The translations under genes and the position numbers were made by a program. Below the pieces are notes generated by a model that worked only from the letters and a program-made list of their open reading frames with translations, was not told the origin of the DNA and searched no databases. Below, in pieces: positions 41,440-50,716 of a stretch of DNA of 64,000 nucleotides (positions are counted from its first letter, which is position 1; every line of letters begins with the position of its first letter). Source of the stretch: Frankiaceae bacterium (GTDB lineage Bacteria; Actinomycetota; Actinomycetes; JAFAQI01); NCBI GenBank assembly GCA_025929315.1, contig JAICMI010000001.1, forward strand, positions 1,802 through 65,801. Direction: 5' to 3'.

Positions 41440-44001
41440 CTACGTCGTCGCCGCTAGTCGCACCGCCTCGCGACGCGAGTCCACACCGAGCTTGGCCAGC
41501 ACGCTGCCGACATGGTGATCGACAGTGCGCTCCGAGAGGAACAGGCGGGCGCCGATCTCGGCGTTGGTGAGACCTTCGGCCATCAGGTCGAACACCTCGC
41601 GCTGACGGCGGGTGAGACCGAGGCTGTCCTCACGCGTCGCGCTCCGCACCCCTCGCGGGATCGACGCGAAACCACGCCGGCGCATCTCCGCGCGTACGAC
41701 GTTGACAGCGGCGGTTGCGCCCAGGCCGTCGAGGATGGCGATGGCCTCGCGCATCGGCTCCTCTTCGCCGGAGTCGGACAGCGCGAGCGCCTGCTCGTAG
41801 GGTGAGCCGATCTCCGCCCACATCGCTGCCACCTGTGGCCATGGCTCGTCGAGCTGGCGCTGGCGAACCGGATCGACCATGAGCTCGTAGTCGTCGACGC
41901 TCTCGCCCAGCCGTTTCAACCAGACCGCGATCTCGGCGGTCAGCTCAGCGGGAAGACCAGGGATCCTCGCCAAGGCGATCGCGCGAGTGCGGGCGTCGTC
42001 GACCTCGCCCTCGAGCCAGGAGAACTCGATGTGGCGAAGGTTCTCCTCGTTGCACCCCATGTCGTTCATCACGACGATCGCCTCGGCGATCATCGGGTCA
42101 GCCAGCTTCCGGTCGCCCCGGCGGGCATAGATCATGGCGGCCGTCATGAGCGGCGTCGCACGGTTGAACGGCGACAACGTCGGCTTGAGGAGCTCCCGCT
42201 CCGCCAGCTCCAGCGCCTCGTCCCAGCGACCCAGCTTCTCGAGCACGACCATATGCGCGCCGGCCAGGCAGTGCATGTACATGGTGAGCTCGTGTTCGTC
42301 GCAGAACGGGACGCCCTCCTCGGCGTAGCGCCTCGCGTCGTCGACACGGTTGAAGTTGATCAGCGTCGCGACGAGGTTGGTGTAGCAGCGACTCGCCGCC
42401 TCGAACGCGTTGCCCTCCAGCCCGACACGTAATGCTTCCTCGAGCATGGGCACGACGTCGAGCTCACCCATCGCGGAAAGTGAGCATGCCTCGGTGTTGA
42501 GCGTGTCGCTGACCAGGGCCGGGTCGTCGACACCCGCCGTCTCCAGCACCTTGCGCGCAAACTGGGCCGCCTCCACCGAACGCGGCGGGTCGACGTACAT
42601 GAACGACGCAGCCTTGTTGGCATAGGCCCACGCAAGCTCGCGCGAGGGAGGCAGGACCTCTAGCACGGAGATGGACTCCTCCATGAGATCCACACCGGTC
42701 CGGTCGTAGCTGCGCATCCTCGCCCGGCTGAGCCGACGAAGCGAGTCTCCGAGCCGCAAGCGGTCGCCGCTCTGCCGCCACAGCTCGACAGCTCGGCTGC
42801 GTTCCTCGTCGGAGCGACGCCAGTCCTCGATCAACAGGAGCTCACTCGCGAGGAGATCGTGCAGCTCAGCACGCTCGGGCGCCGGCCGATCGGTCGCGAA
42901 GCGCAACGCCCGGGAGTACTGCGCGGCCGCTTCGCGGTGTGCGCTCATCTGCTCGGCCCGATGTCCGGCTCGCACGGCATAGTCGAGCACCGCGTTCGCG
43001 TCGAGCGCACCCTCGGCGTGGTGAGCCAGCATCGCCAGCTCAGCGCCAGGTCGCGCGCGCAGCTCGGCGAGGATGCGCGCGTGCAAGTCGCGCTTACGGT
43101 GGCCGGGGATCGACTCCTCGACTGCGAGCCGGGCAAGCTCGTGGCGGAACCGCACGCCGGCCGGCTCCGAAACGAGTACGCCGCTCTCGAGGCAGTCGTC
43201 GAGCCCGTCCGCGCGTTCGGAGATGACGGCGACAAGCGGCGGTTCGACACTGCTGCCGTAAACGGCGACGGCGTCCAGCGTCGTACGTGCGTCGACGGAC
43301 AGACGCGCGACGCGGGCGAGAACGGCGTCGCGCGCCGACACCGGCAGCGTCGGCGAGTTGACACCGAGGACTTCGTTGACGAAGAACGGGTTGCCACCGG
43401 TCAGCGCATAGAGCTCGTCACCCGAGACACCCGTCCCCGCCGCCAACGTGTTGACCGCCGCAGGAGAAAGAGGTGACAGCGTCATCCGTCGTAACGAACG
43501 CTCCGGCGTGAGGTCGCCAAGGGTGAGCCGGACCGGGTGCGTGGCCGTCAGTCCGTCGTCGCGATAGCTGACGATCAACAGAGTCGGGCTGTCGCGGAGC
43601 CGACGGCCGAGGAACCGGACGAGGTCCGTCGTCGCCTCATCCGCCCAGTGCGCGTCCTCGATGACCATCACGGTGAACAGCGACGGCGGCGACAGCTGCT
43701 CGAGCAACACCCGGAAGAGCCGCTCTCGCGACGCCTCCTCGGCACATGCCGTCGCGATCGCACCGCCGAGCTCCGGGGCGATGTCGAACAGCGGCCCCAG
43801 CGGCTGCGGCGTGAACGAACCGTCACACGCCCCGGCGACCCAGCGCGCCTGCGGCAGCCGCTCGCGCAGCAGCTCGAGAAGTGTGGTCTTGCCGACGCCC
43901 GCCTCGCCCGCGAGGAAGACCAGCCGACTAGCGCCGGCTGCCGCTTCGCCGGCGTATTCGACGAGGGAGTCGAGGAAGGCCTCGCGCTCGAGAACGGTCA
44001 T
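41440..44001 (-). CDS. LuxR family large ATP-binding regulator (LAL/MalT-like: AAA ATPase + TPR-like repeats + C-terminal HTH)
   Basis: I place the start at ATG 44001 (MTVLEREAFLDSL...). Walker A is FLAGEAGVGKTTLL. The C-terminal HTH is LTRRQREVFDLMAEGLTNAEIGARLFLSERTVDHHVGSVLAKLGV. The upstream ORF extension is Arg/Pro-rich. Confidence 0.9.
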   Translation of the reverse strand: MTVLEREAFLDSLVEYAGEAAAGASRLVFLAGEAGVGKTTLLELLRERLPQARWVAGACDGSFTPQPLGPLFDIAPELGGAIATACAEEASRERLFRVLLEQLSPPSLFTVMVIEDAHWADEATTDLVRFLGRRLRDSPTLLIVSYRDDGLTATHPVRLTLGDLTPERSLRRMTLSPLSPAAVNTLAAGTGVSGDELYALTGGNPFFVNEVLGVNSPTLPVSARDAVLARVARLSVDARTTLDAVAVYGSSVEPPLVAVISERADGLDDCLESGVLVSEPAGVRFRHELARLAVEESIPGHRKRDLHARILAELRARPGAELAMLAHHAEGALDANAVLDYAVRAGHRAEQMSAHREAAAQYSRALRFATDRPAPERAELHDLLASELLLIEDWRRSDEERSRAVELWRQSGDRLRLGDSLRRLSRARMRSYDRTGVDLMEESISVLEVLPPSRELAWAYANKAASFMYVDPPRSVEAAQFARKVLETAGVDDPALVSDTLNTEACSLSAMGELDVVPMLEEALRVGLEGNAFEAASRCYTNLVATLINFNRVDDARRYAEEGVPFCDEHELTMYMHCLAGAHMVVLEKLGRWDEALELAERELLKPTLSPFNRATPLMTAAMIYARRGDRKLADPMIAEAIVVMNDMGCNEENLRHIEFSWLEGEVDDARTRAIALARIPGLPAELTAEIAVWLKRLGESVDDYELMVDPVRQRQLDEPWPQVAAMWAEIGSPYEQALALSDSGEEEPMREAIAILDGLGATAAVNVVRAEMRRRGFASIPRGVRSATREDSLGLTRRQREVFDLMAEGLTNAEIGARLFLSERTVDHHVGSVLAKLGVDSRREAVRLAATT

Positions 44002-44130
44002 TGACGGATGGTGACCGAAATCGCGGTGCCGCGACAGCCTCTTGGACCGATCGATCCCGGATTCGTCCGGTTTTGCCACGCCCGTCCCCACACCTATGAC
44101 CGTAGGAAGGAAGACCTCGCACCGGAACCG

Positions 44131-44159
44131 GCTGCCGTACCCAATTTGGGTACGGCAGC
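44131..44159. terminator. Perfect 29-bp palindrome GCTGCCGTACCCAAtTTGGGTACGGCAGC
   Basis: Read directly, with 14-bp arms. It begins 16 nt downstream of the TetR stop (minus strand) and lies about 130 bp upstream of the LAL regulator start. This is either an intrinsic terminator without a U-tract or a protein-binding site. Confidence 0.5.
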
Positions 44160-44174
44160 ACCCAACTTGGCGTC

Positions 44175-44816
44175 TCAGCTCTGGGCGACGGCAGTGTGGA
44201 CGGCGGTGGAGCTGGGCGGCGTGCCGGGCAGCTTCTTGTCGGCGAGACGCAGCCCGTCGAGGACGAGCGTGAGGTATCGGCGTACCAAGCCGGCAGTGTC
44301 CGGGGTCTCGATGTCCGTGACGGTCGCAAGCATTTGCAGTACGACGCCGAGGTCGGCCGGTGCCAAGCCGGGACGGACGAGGCCGGCTTTGCGGGCACGC
44401 GTCAACAACGTCTGCAGCGCCGGGTTGACGTGGTCCTCGAGGTGTTGCATCCAGTCGGCGGTGTAGCTCGCGGTCACAACGTCGTGCATGCCGCGGTTCT
44501 CGGCCATCAGCCGCAGCGTTCGGGCGAAGAAGTCGGTCAGCCCCTGCCACGGATCGTCGTGGGCAGCGGCCTCCTCGGCGATCCGGATCGCGTCGTCACT
44601 GATCTGCTGCAAGAACGCCTGGAGCAGCTCGCGCTTGTTGGCGAAGTTGCGGTAGGCCGTGGCGACGTTGACACCCGCCTCGGCGGCGATGTCGTCCAAG
44701 GTGACCGACAGCCCGCGGGTCGTGAACAGCCGCTGTGCGGCATCGATGAGCGCCTGCCGGTTGCGGGCAGCGTCCGCCCGCAACCGGCGAGGCGCAACAT
44801 CGGTGGTGGACATCAT
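44175..44816 (-). CDS. TetR/AcrR family transcriptional regulator
   Basis: I place the start at ATG 44816 (MMSTTDVAPRRLRADAARNRQALIDAAQRLFTTRGLSVTLDDIAAEAGVNVATAYRNFANKRELL). The start overlaps the MFS stop (ATGA). Confidence 0.9.
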   Translation of the reverse strand: MMSTTDVAPRRLRADAARNRQALIDAAQRLFTTRGLSVTLDDIAAEAGVNVATAYRNFANKRELLQAFLQQISDDAIRIAEEAAAHDDPWQGLTDFFARTLRLMAENRGMHDVVTASYTADWMQHLEDHVNPALQTLLTRARKAGLVRPGLAPADLGVVLQMLATVTDIETPDTAGLVRRYLTLVLDGLRLADKKLPGTPPSSTAVHTAVAQS

Positions 44817-46348
44817 GCGTGAACTGCTACCGCACTTACGTCGTCGCTGTCCATCGGCAGCCGCCCGCCACGCAGCATCGGGCCGACCACGAGCGCAGCC
44901 CCGGCGAAGATCGCGGCGCCGATCCAGAACACGACGATGTAGGAGTGGACTGCCGCCTGGACGGCAACCAGCGCGGCCGGCGTCGCACCGCCGACGTGTG
45001 CGGCCACGAAGGTGGCGGCCACCCCGGTGGCGATGGTGTTGAGGAGCGCGGTGCCGATCGAGCCGCCGATCTGCTGCGACACGTTGATGGTTGCGGATGC
45101 CACACCGGCGTCGTGGGCACGAACGCCGAGCGTGCCCAGGCTGAAGCACGGCGCGAAGACGAGTCCGAAACCGACCGCCATGACGAGCAGCGACGGCAGG
45201 ATGACGGCGACGTAGGAGGCCTGCAGGTCGATCCGGGTGAGCAGCACCATGCCGACGGCAACCGCCATCAGTCCGGCCGGGACGAGCGCCCGCGGGCTGA
45301 AGCGACGCAGCAGGACGGTGTTGCCCAGGCCCGCGCTCACCATGAGCACGGCGGTCATCGGCAGGAACGCGAGGCCGGTCTTGACCGGGCTGTAGCCGAG
45401 CGTGGCCTCGAGATAATAGGTAAGGAAGAGGAAGACGCCGAACATGCCGACCGACGACAGGAACGTCGCGACGTAGGCGCCGGCACGGTTGCGGTCGGTG
45501 AGGACGCGCAGTGGCAGCAGCGGATGCGCAACACGGCGCTCGGTCACGACGAAAGCGATGAGCAGTACGACGCCGCCCGCGAGGAAGCCGAGCGTCTGCA
45601 GATCGCTCCAGCCCGCAGAACCGGTCTTGGTCGCCGCGTGCGCAAAGCCGTAGACGATGGCGAACATGCTCGAGCACGCGAGCACCGTGCCGAGCTTGTC
45701 GATGCGCTGACGCAGCTCACCCTTCATGTGCGGGGCAAGGAGAAGGGCGCCACCGACGGCAGCGGCAACAGCGAAGACGACGTTGACATACATCGTCCAG
45801 CGCCAGTCGAGGTATTCGGTGAGCACGCCACCGAGCAGCAGGCCGATCGAGGCGCCGGCACCGGCGATGCCGCCGTAGATGCCGAACGCCTTGCCGCGCT
45901 CCTTGGGGTCGGGGAACGTCGTGGTGAGCAGGGACAGCGCCGCGGGCGCGAGGAGTGCGCCGAACGCACCTTGAACGGCACGGGCGACGACGAGCATGCC
46001 GAAGCCGGTGGCCGCACCCCCGACCGCGGAAGCGACGGCGAAGCCGATGACGCCCGCCAGGAACACGCGCTTGCGGCCGAAGTCGTCGGCAAGTCGACCA
46101 CCGAGCAGCAAGAGGCTGCCGAAGGCCAGCGAGTAGGCGGTGACGATCCACTGCCGGTTGCCGTCGGAGAAACCGAGAGACGTCTGGGCGTGGGGCAACG
46201 CGATGTTCACGACTGTGCTGTCCAGCACGACCATGAGCTGGGCGATCCCGAGGACCGCGAGGATCCACCAGCGACGCGAGCCGCGGTCGGCTTGAGGGTC
46301 TGGACGGCCAGCCGGAGCAGGCGCGGGCCGAGTTTCGAGGACGGTCAC
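44813..46348 (-). CDS. MFS transporter, DHA2 (EmrB/QacA-like, 14-TMS) drug:H+ antiporter family
   Basis: I place the start at GTG 46348, 4 nt after GGAGA. WWILAVLGIAQLMVVLDSTVVNIALP and GRLADDFGRKRVFL motifs. Co-oriented with, and coupled to, the downstream TetR gene. Confidence 0.85.
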   Translation of the reverse strand: MTVLETRPAPAPAGRPDPQADRGSRRWWILAVLGIAQLMVVLDSTVVNIALPHAQTSLGFSDGNRQWIVTAYSLAFGSLLLLGGRLADDFGRKRVFLAGVIGFAVASAVGGAATGFGMLVVARAVQGAFGALLAPAALSLLTTTFPDPKERGKAFGIYGGIAGAGASIGLLLGGVLTEYLDWRWTMYVNVVFAVAAAVGGALLLAPHMKGELRQRIDKLGTVLACSSMFAIVYGFAHAATKTGSAGWSDLQTLGFLAGGVVLLIAFVVTERRVAHPLLPLRVLTDRNRAGAYVATFLSSVGMFGVFLFLTYYLEATLGYSPVKTGLAFLPMTAVLMVSAGLGNTVLLRRFSPRALVPAGLMAVAVGMVLLTRIDLQASYVAVILPSLLVMAVGFGLVFAPCFSLGTLGVRAHDAGVASATINVSQQIGGSIGTALLNTIATGVAATFVAAHVGGATPAALVAVQAAVHSYIVVFWIGAAIFAGAALVVGPMLRGGRLPMDSDDVSAVAVHA

Positions 46349-46503
46349 AAGGTCTCCGTAAGTGAAGGTGTTGTCTGCGCTTAGGCTACGCCGTAAACGC
46401 AGGCAACCCCTTCGTTTGTTCCGGTGATGCCCGTCACACTGCGATCGGAGTAGCGTCTCCAGCGACCGTTTTGTCCGGTTCAGTGCCACCAGAAGGGCGC
46501 GCC

Positions 46504-46791
46504 ATGCTGACCCTCACCGAGAACGCCCAGTTCGCCATCAGGTCTCTCGCCGAATCCATCGACGATCCCGCCGACGCCGGTGTCCGGATCGCCACCACCC
46601 AGGGCAACGGCGGCGACGGGCCCCAGCTCGAGCTGGCGATCGTGCCGGCCCCCGCCCCGGGCGACCAGGTCGTCGACGAGGGCGGCGCACGCGTCTTCCT
46701 CGACTCGGCTGCGGCGCTGATGCTCGACGCGGAGACGCTCGACGCACAGGTCGACACCGCTGCGCAGGAAGTGAACTTCTTCGTCAGCTAG
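46504..46791 (+). CDS. HesB/IscA-like protein (Cys-less Fe-S assembly accessory-like family)
   Basis: ATG 46504 follows GAAGGG. MLTLTENAQFAIRSL...GVRIATT...LELAIVPAPAPGDQVVDEGGARVFLDSAAALMLD follows the HesB-like beta pattern, but the usual C-terminal Cys residues are absent. Confidence 0.6.
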   Translation: MLTLTENAQFAIRSLAESIDDPADAGVRIATTQGNGGDGPQLELAIVPAPAPGDQVVDEGGARVFLDSAAALMLDAETLDAQVDTAAQEVNFFVS

Positions 46792-46817
46792 ACGCGTCGG
46801 GTGCACACTCGACGGTC

Positions 46818-47168
46818 ATGGCGGACGCTGACGACGTACGACGCCTGGCGCTCGCACTGCCGGACGTCAACGAGATCGACAGTGACGGCTTCGACTTCCG
46901 CGTCGCCAACAAGGGCTTCGTCTGGTCCTATCCCGAACGACAGCCCGGCAAGGGACGCGTCATCCGCAGCGACATCGCCGTGCTGTACGTCGGGGATGAG
47001 GCGGAGAAACAGGCGCTCGTGCTGGGCGAGCCCGACCTCTTCTTCACGACGCCCTCCTACGAAGGCTGGCCGCTCGTGATGCTCAGGCTCGACAAGGTCG
47101 ACGTCGTACGCCTTCAAGAGCTCGTGACCGATGCCTGGCGCATGCGCGCCGAGTCTGTTGCTCAGTAG
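46818..47168 (+). CDS. MmcQ/YjbR family DNA-binding protein
   Basis: VRRLALALPDVNEI...FRVANKGFVW...LDKVDVVRLQELVTDAWRMRA; 116 aa. Confidence 0.75.
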   Translation: MADADDVRRLALALPDVNEIDSDGFDFRVANKGFVWSYPERQPGKGRVIRSDIAVLYVGDEAEKQALVLGEPDLFFTTPSYEGWPLVMLRLDKVDVVRLQELVTDAWRMRAESVAQ

Positions 47169-47992
47169 TCCTCGGCGGTGACGAAGTCGATCAGCTGCTC
47201 CACCGGGCCGAGGAGTGCGGGGTCCAGGTCCCGGTAGGTGCGGATCACTTTCCGGATCTCCCGCCAGGCCGTCGCGGCGTCCGGGTAGCCGAGCGCCGCT
47301 GCGACGCCGTCTTTCCACGGCTGCCCGCGCGGCACTTCCGGCCAGGCGCCGATCCCGAGGACCTGCGGCCGCACCGCCTGCCAGATGTCCACGAACGGAT
47401 GTCCGACGACCAGCACGTGCGGACCGGCCACCGCCGCTGCGATCCGCGACTCCTTCGAGCCGGGCACCAGATGGTCGAGAAGCACTCCGAGGCGCGCATC
47501 GGCGGTCGGCGCGAACTCGGCCACGACGTCCGCCAGGTTGTCCGCGCCCTCGAGCATCTCCACCACGACGCCCGCCGCGGCCAGGTCGGCCTGCCACACG
47601 ATCCGGAGGATGTCAGCGTCGTGCGCACCCTCGACGAGGATGCGGCTGGCGCGGGCGACCCTGGCCCGGGTGCCGGCTTCGGCCGCGACCGATCCGGATG
47701 CGGTGCGCGTCGGACCACGGCGCTCCGCAGTCGGCCGGACGAGGGTCACGACCTGCCCGTCGATCGCGAAGCCCGCCTCCGACCAGGGCAGCATCCGCTC
47801 GGCGCCGCCGCGACCGCGCAGCCGGACCCCGTGCGGCTCGAGCGCGACGATCTCCCCCACGAACCCGTCCAACCGGCCGTCGGACCTGTCGTTCGTCTCC
47901 ACGACCAGCCCGATCTCGGCGGTGACCCGCGGCACCGGGCGGCGTTTCGGGTTCTGCTCGGCCAGCACGTCGGTCGAGTAGCGGCTGCTCAT
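47162..47992 (-). CDS. DUF3097 family protein
   Basis: I place the start at ATG 47992 (MSSRYSTDVLAEQNPKRRPVPRV...). ILVEGAHDADILRIVW and VLLDHLVPGSKE segments are typical of this conserved actinobacterial family. Confidence 0.7.
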   Translation of the reverse strand: MSSRYSTDVLAEQNPKRRPVPRVTAEIGLVVETNDRSDGRLDGFVGEIVALEPHGVRLRGRGGAERMLPWSEAGFAIDGQVVTLVRPTAERRGPTRTASGSVAAEAGTRARVARASRILVEGAHDADILRIVWQADLAAAGVVVEMLEGADNLADVVAEFAPTADARLGVLLDHLVPGSKESRIAAAVAGPHVLVVGHPFVDIWQAVRPQVLGIGAWPEVPRGQPWKDGVAAALGYPDAATAWREIRKVIRTYRDLDPALLGPVEQLIDFVTAEDY

Positions 47993-48052
47993 CCCGGCAT
48001 CGTCCCGTCGACCGAGCAGGATTGAGCCGACGCAACGCCGAACTCCTCTTGA

Positions 48053-49087
48053 ATGCGCCTCCGACTGCTCGCGATCGCGGCTGCGGCGGTGATGGCCGTC
48101 CCGGTTCACGCGGCGACCACGCCGGCATTTGCGCCGTTGGACCGGCCCGGCCCCGCCCTGTCCGTGCCCGCCAAGGACCTCAAGGCGGCGTTGCACTGCG
48201 AAGGCGACTTCCGGCAAGGGCACTTGGAGCCGGTGCTGCTGTCGCCGGGCACGAGCGCGACCCCGAAGCAGAACTTCTCGTGGAACTACGAACGTGCCTT
48301 CACGGCGCAGAAGCGGCCGTGGTGTGACCTGACCATGCCGTTCCACACTCTCGGTGACATCCAGGTTGCGGGCGAGTACCTGGTCTACGGCATCCGCACG
48401 ATGCACCGGATGGCCGACCGTCGGATCGCGGTGCTCGGTCACAGCCAAGGCGGCATGTCGATGCGTTGGGCGTTGCGCTTCTGGCCCGACACCCGGCGGA
48501 TGGTTGACGACATCATCGGCATGGCGCCGACCAACCACGGCACGACAGCCGGGGGCTCGTGCACCGAGGGGCAGACCCGCTGCGTACCCGCGGCGTGGCA
48601 GCAGGCTGCGTCAGCGAAGTTCATCACGGCGCTGAACAGCTACGCCGAGACGTTCCGCGGCATCTCCTACACCAACGTGTTCACGCACACGGATGAAGAG
48701 GTCAAGCCCAGTGACAGCGCAGCCACGGCCTCGTCATCCCTGCACACGGGCAAGGGTCGGATCACGAACGTCGCGACCCAGGACATCTGCCCGACCGACA
48801 CTTACGAGCACAACTTCCTCGGCACCGTCGACCCGGTGACCTATGCGCTGGTGATGGACGCGCTGTCGCATCCCGGTCCGGCGGTGCCCGCACACGTACC
48901 CGCGTCGGTCTGCACCGAGGTCTACCAGCCGGGCATCGACCCGGCTAACCCGCAGAACTACCTGCAGCCCGCGATGCTCGGCCCCGCCATCGTCAGCATC
49001 GTCGTACCCGACGTGAACCTGGTCGGTGCACCGGAGACGTCGCGCGAACCTGCGCTCAAGTGCTACGTGTTCGCGAAGGGCTGCTGA
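48053..49087 (+). CDS. Secreted lipase (CalB-like / class 2-type alpha/beta hydrolase)
   Basis: Signal MRLRLLAIAAAAVMAVPVHA. Nucleophile elbow VLGHSQGGM. VLLSPGTSATP is a CalB-like N-terminal segment. Confidence 0.8.
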   Translation: MRLRLLAIAAAAVMAVPVHAATTPAFAPLDRPGPALSVPAKDLKAALHCEGDFRQGHLEPVLLSPGTSATPKQNFSWNYERAFTAQKRPWCDLTMPFHTLGDIQVAGEYLVYGIRTMHRMADRRIAVLGHSQGGMSMRWALRFWPDTRRMVDDIIGMAPTNHGTTAGGSCTEGQTRCVPAAWQQAASAKFITALNSYAETFRGISYTNVFTHTDEEVKPSDSAATASSSLHTGKGRITNVATQDICPTDTYEHNFLGTVDPVTYALVMDALSHPGPAVPAHVPASVCTEVYQPGIDPANPQNYLQPAMLGPAIVSIVVPDVNLVGAPETSREPALKCYVFAKGC

Positions 49088-49103
49088 GGGTAGGCCGGGC
49101 TCC

Positions 49104-49829
49104 GTGGCAGGAGTCGGTTGGCCTCAATCGCTGTGGTTCGTACGCCATGGCGAGAGCCGCGGAAACGTAGCGAACACCGCTGCACGCGCAGCCAAGGCGC
49201 TGCGACTCGACATCGACGTCAACGACGTACTCGTCGAGCTGACCGACAACGGCATCGAGCAGGCCGTCGCCTTGGGCAAGTGGTTCGGCGACCAGCCGGC
49301 CGATCAGCTGCCGACCCAGGTCGTCGTCTCTCCTTATGTGCGCGCGCGGGAGACCGCGCGCCTGATCCTGGAGACGTCCGGCCTCGAGACGCTGCCGCTC
49401 AACGTTGACGAGCGACTGCGGGACCGCGAACAGGGCGTCCTCGACCGGCTGACCGGTGCAGGCTTGCGCGCACAGTTCCCGGACGAGGCTGCCCGGCGCG
49501 ACTACGTCGGCAAGTTCTGGTATCGGCCCAGTGGAGGCGAGTCGTGGGCCGACGTCGCGACGAGGATGCGTGCCTGGTTGCTGGAGATGCGGCTGGCGAT
49601 GACGGACGAGCGAGTGCTTGTCGTGTCGCACGACGTTCCGATCCTGCTTGCGCGCTACATCCTGGAGAATCTGACACCTGATGAGGCGACGTCCTACTCC
49701 GGCCAGCTGCGCAACTGCTCGTTGACGTCGTACCAGGTGCGTCCCGATGCGACAGGCATGCAGCTCGACGCCTTCAACGACACCACGGCAATCAAGACCG
49801 ACGACGCACCTGTCACCGCGCATGAGTGA
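49104..49829 (+). CDS. Histidine phosphatase family protein (phosphoglycerate mutase-like)
   Basis: The catalytic FVRHGESRGN motif lies 13 codons after GTG 49104. The later VVSHDVPI motif carries the second His. Confidence 0.8.
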   Translation: MAGVGWPQSLWFVRHGESRGNVANTAARAAKALRLDIDVNDVLVELTDNGIEQAVALGKWFGDQPADQLPTQVVVSPYVRARETARLILETSGLETLPLNVDERLRDREQGVLDRLTGAGLRAQFPDEAARRDYVGKFWYRPSGGESWADVATRMRAWLLEMRLAMTDERVLVVSHDVPILLARYILENLTPDEATSYSGQLRNCSLTSYQVRPDATGMQLDAFNDTTAIKTDDAPVTAHE

Positions 49830-50715
49830 GCCGACCGTCGTCACCGACGAGATGCTCAGGGACCGCTGGCCACTCGAGCCACCCGACCAAGAGGTGACAA
49901 AGAACGATCGGGGCACGGTCCTCGTGGTGGGCGGTGCGCGAAGCACCCCGGGCGCGGTGCTGCTGGCGGGACTCGCTGCCCTTCGTGTCGGAGCCGGCAA
50001 GCTCACGGTCGCGACGTGCGAGGACTACGCCGGATCTCTCGGGGTGGCGATGCCGGAGGCGGGTGTCTTCGGTTTTCCGACTACCAAGGGTGGTGGGCTC
50101 GACCCGCGCGCGGCGAAGGAGATCGGCGAGCTCGCGGAGAAGGCCGACGCAGTGCTGTTCGGTCCGGGCATGGCCGAACCGGACAACGTCCGAGCTCTCG
50201 TCGGCGACGTCCTGACGTCCCTCGACTCGCCACCTGCCATCGTGCTGGACGCCATGGGCGCCACCTGCGGTGTGCTCGATCTCGGCGTCGAAGCCCTGGG
50301 CCGCAACTGCGTGATCACGCCCAACACATCTGAGGCCGGATATCTCCTCGACGACACCGACGACGACGATCACGACCTGGCACGTGATCTCGTCGAGCGG
50401 TACGGCGTGACCGTCGTGCTCAACAGCGCAGCCGCGGCTCCCGATGCAGACGCGTTCTCGGTGCCCAAAGGAAACCCTGGACTGGCGACATCCGGGTCGG
50501 GTGACGTGCTCGCCGGAGCGGCGGCAGGCGTAGCGGCACGAACGAGCGACGCGCTCACCGCCGCGCTGTGGGGACTCGCGTTGCACGGGTCTGCCGGTGA
50601 CCGGCTTGCGATGCGGGTCGGCCGCGTCGGCTTCCTCGCCCGAGAGCTGCTCGACGAGCTGCCGGAATGCCTCCGCGAGCTGACGACGGAATCCTCAGGC
50701 GATCAGTCGCGTTGA
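49822..50715 (+). CDS. ADP/ATP-dependent NAD(P)H-hydrate dehydratase (YjeF C-terminal/carbohydrate kinase-like)
   Basis: ATG 49822 overlaps the upstream stop by 8 nt. KNDRGTVLVVGG, ITPNTSEAGYLL and GSGDVLAGAAAG signatures. Confidence 0.85.
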   Translation: MSEPTVVTDEMLRDRWPLEPPDQEVTKNDRGTVLVVGGARSTPGAVLLAGLAALRVGAGKLTVATCEDYAGSLGVAMPEAGVFGFPTTKGGGLDPRAAKEIGELAEKADAVLFGPGMAEPDNVRALVGDVLTSLDSPPAIVLDAMGATCGVLDLGVEALGRNCVITPNTSEAGYLLDDTDDDDHDLARDLVERYGVTVVLNSAAAAPDADAFSVPKGNPGLATSGSGDVLAGAAAGVAARTSDALTAALWGLALHGSAGDRLAMRVGRVGFLARELLDELPECLRELTTESSGDQSR

Positions 50716-50716
50716 C

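Noticed and set aside
41440-44550. N-terminal extensions of real genes as given in the ORF track, e.g. LAL regulator to 44550, TetR to 45677, MFS to 26336, thioesterase to 28721, BNR to 27568, Aha1-like from 39996 and DUF1326 from 22767.
   Set aside because: The extensions are low-complexity Arg/Pro-rich sequence, often overlap neighbouring genes on the other strand, and precede an internal start that yields the canonical family N-terminus, a signal peptide or an SD-like site. I trimmed the starts accordingly.
46349-46503. 155-bp region upstream of the DHA2 MFS gene, inspected for a TetR operator or a guanidine/other riboswitch.
   Set aside because: Only short imperfect dyads are present (AAACG...CGTTT, GGAG...CTCC). 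Nothing resembles a known riboswitch core, so I make no call.
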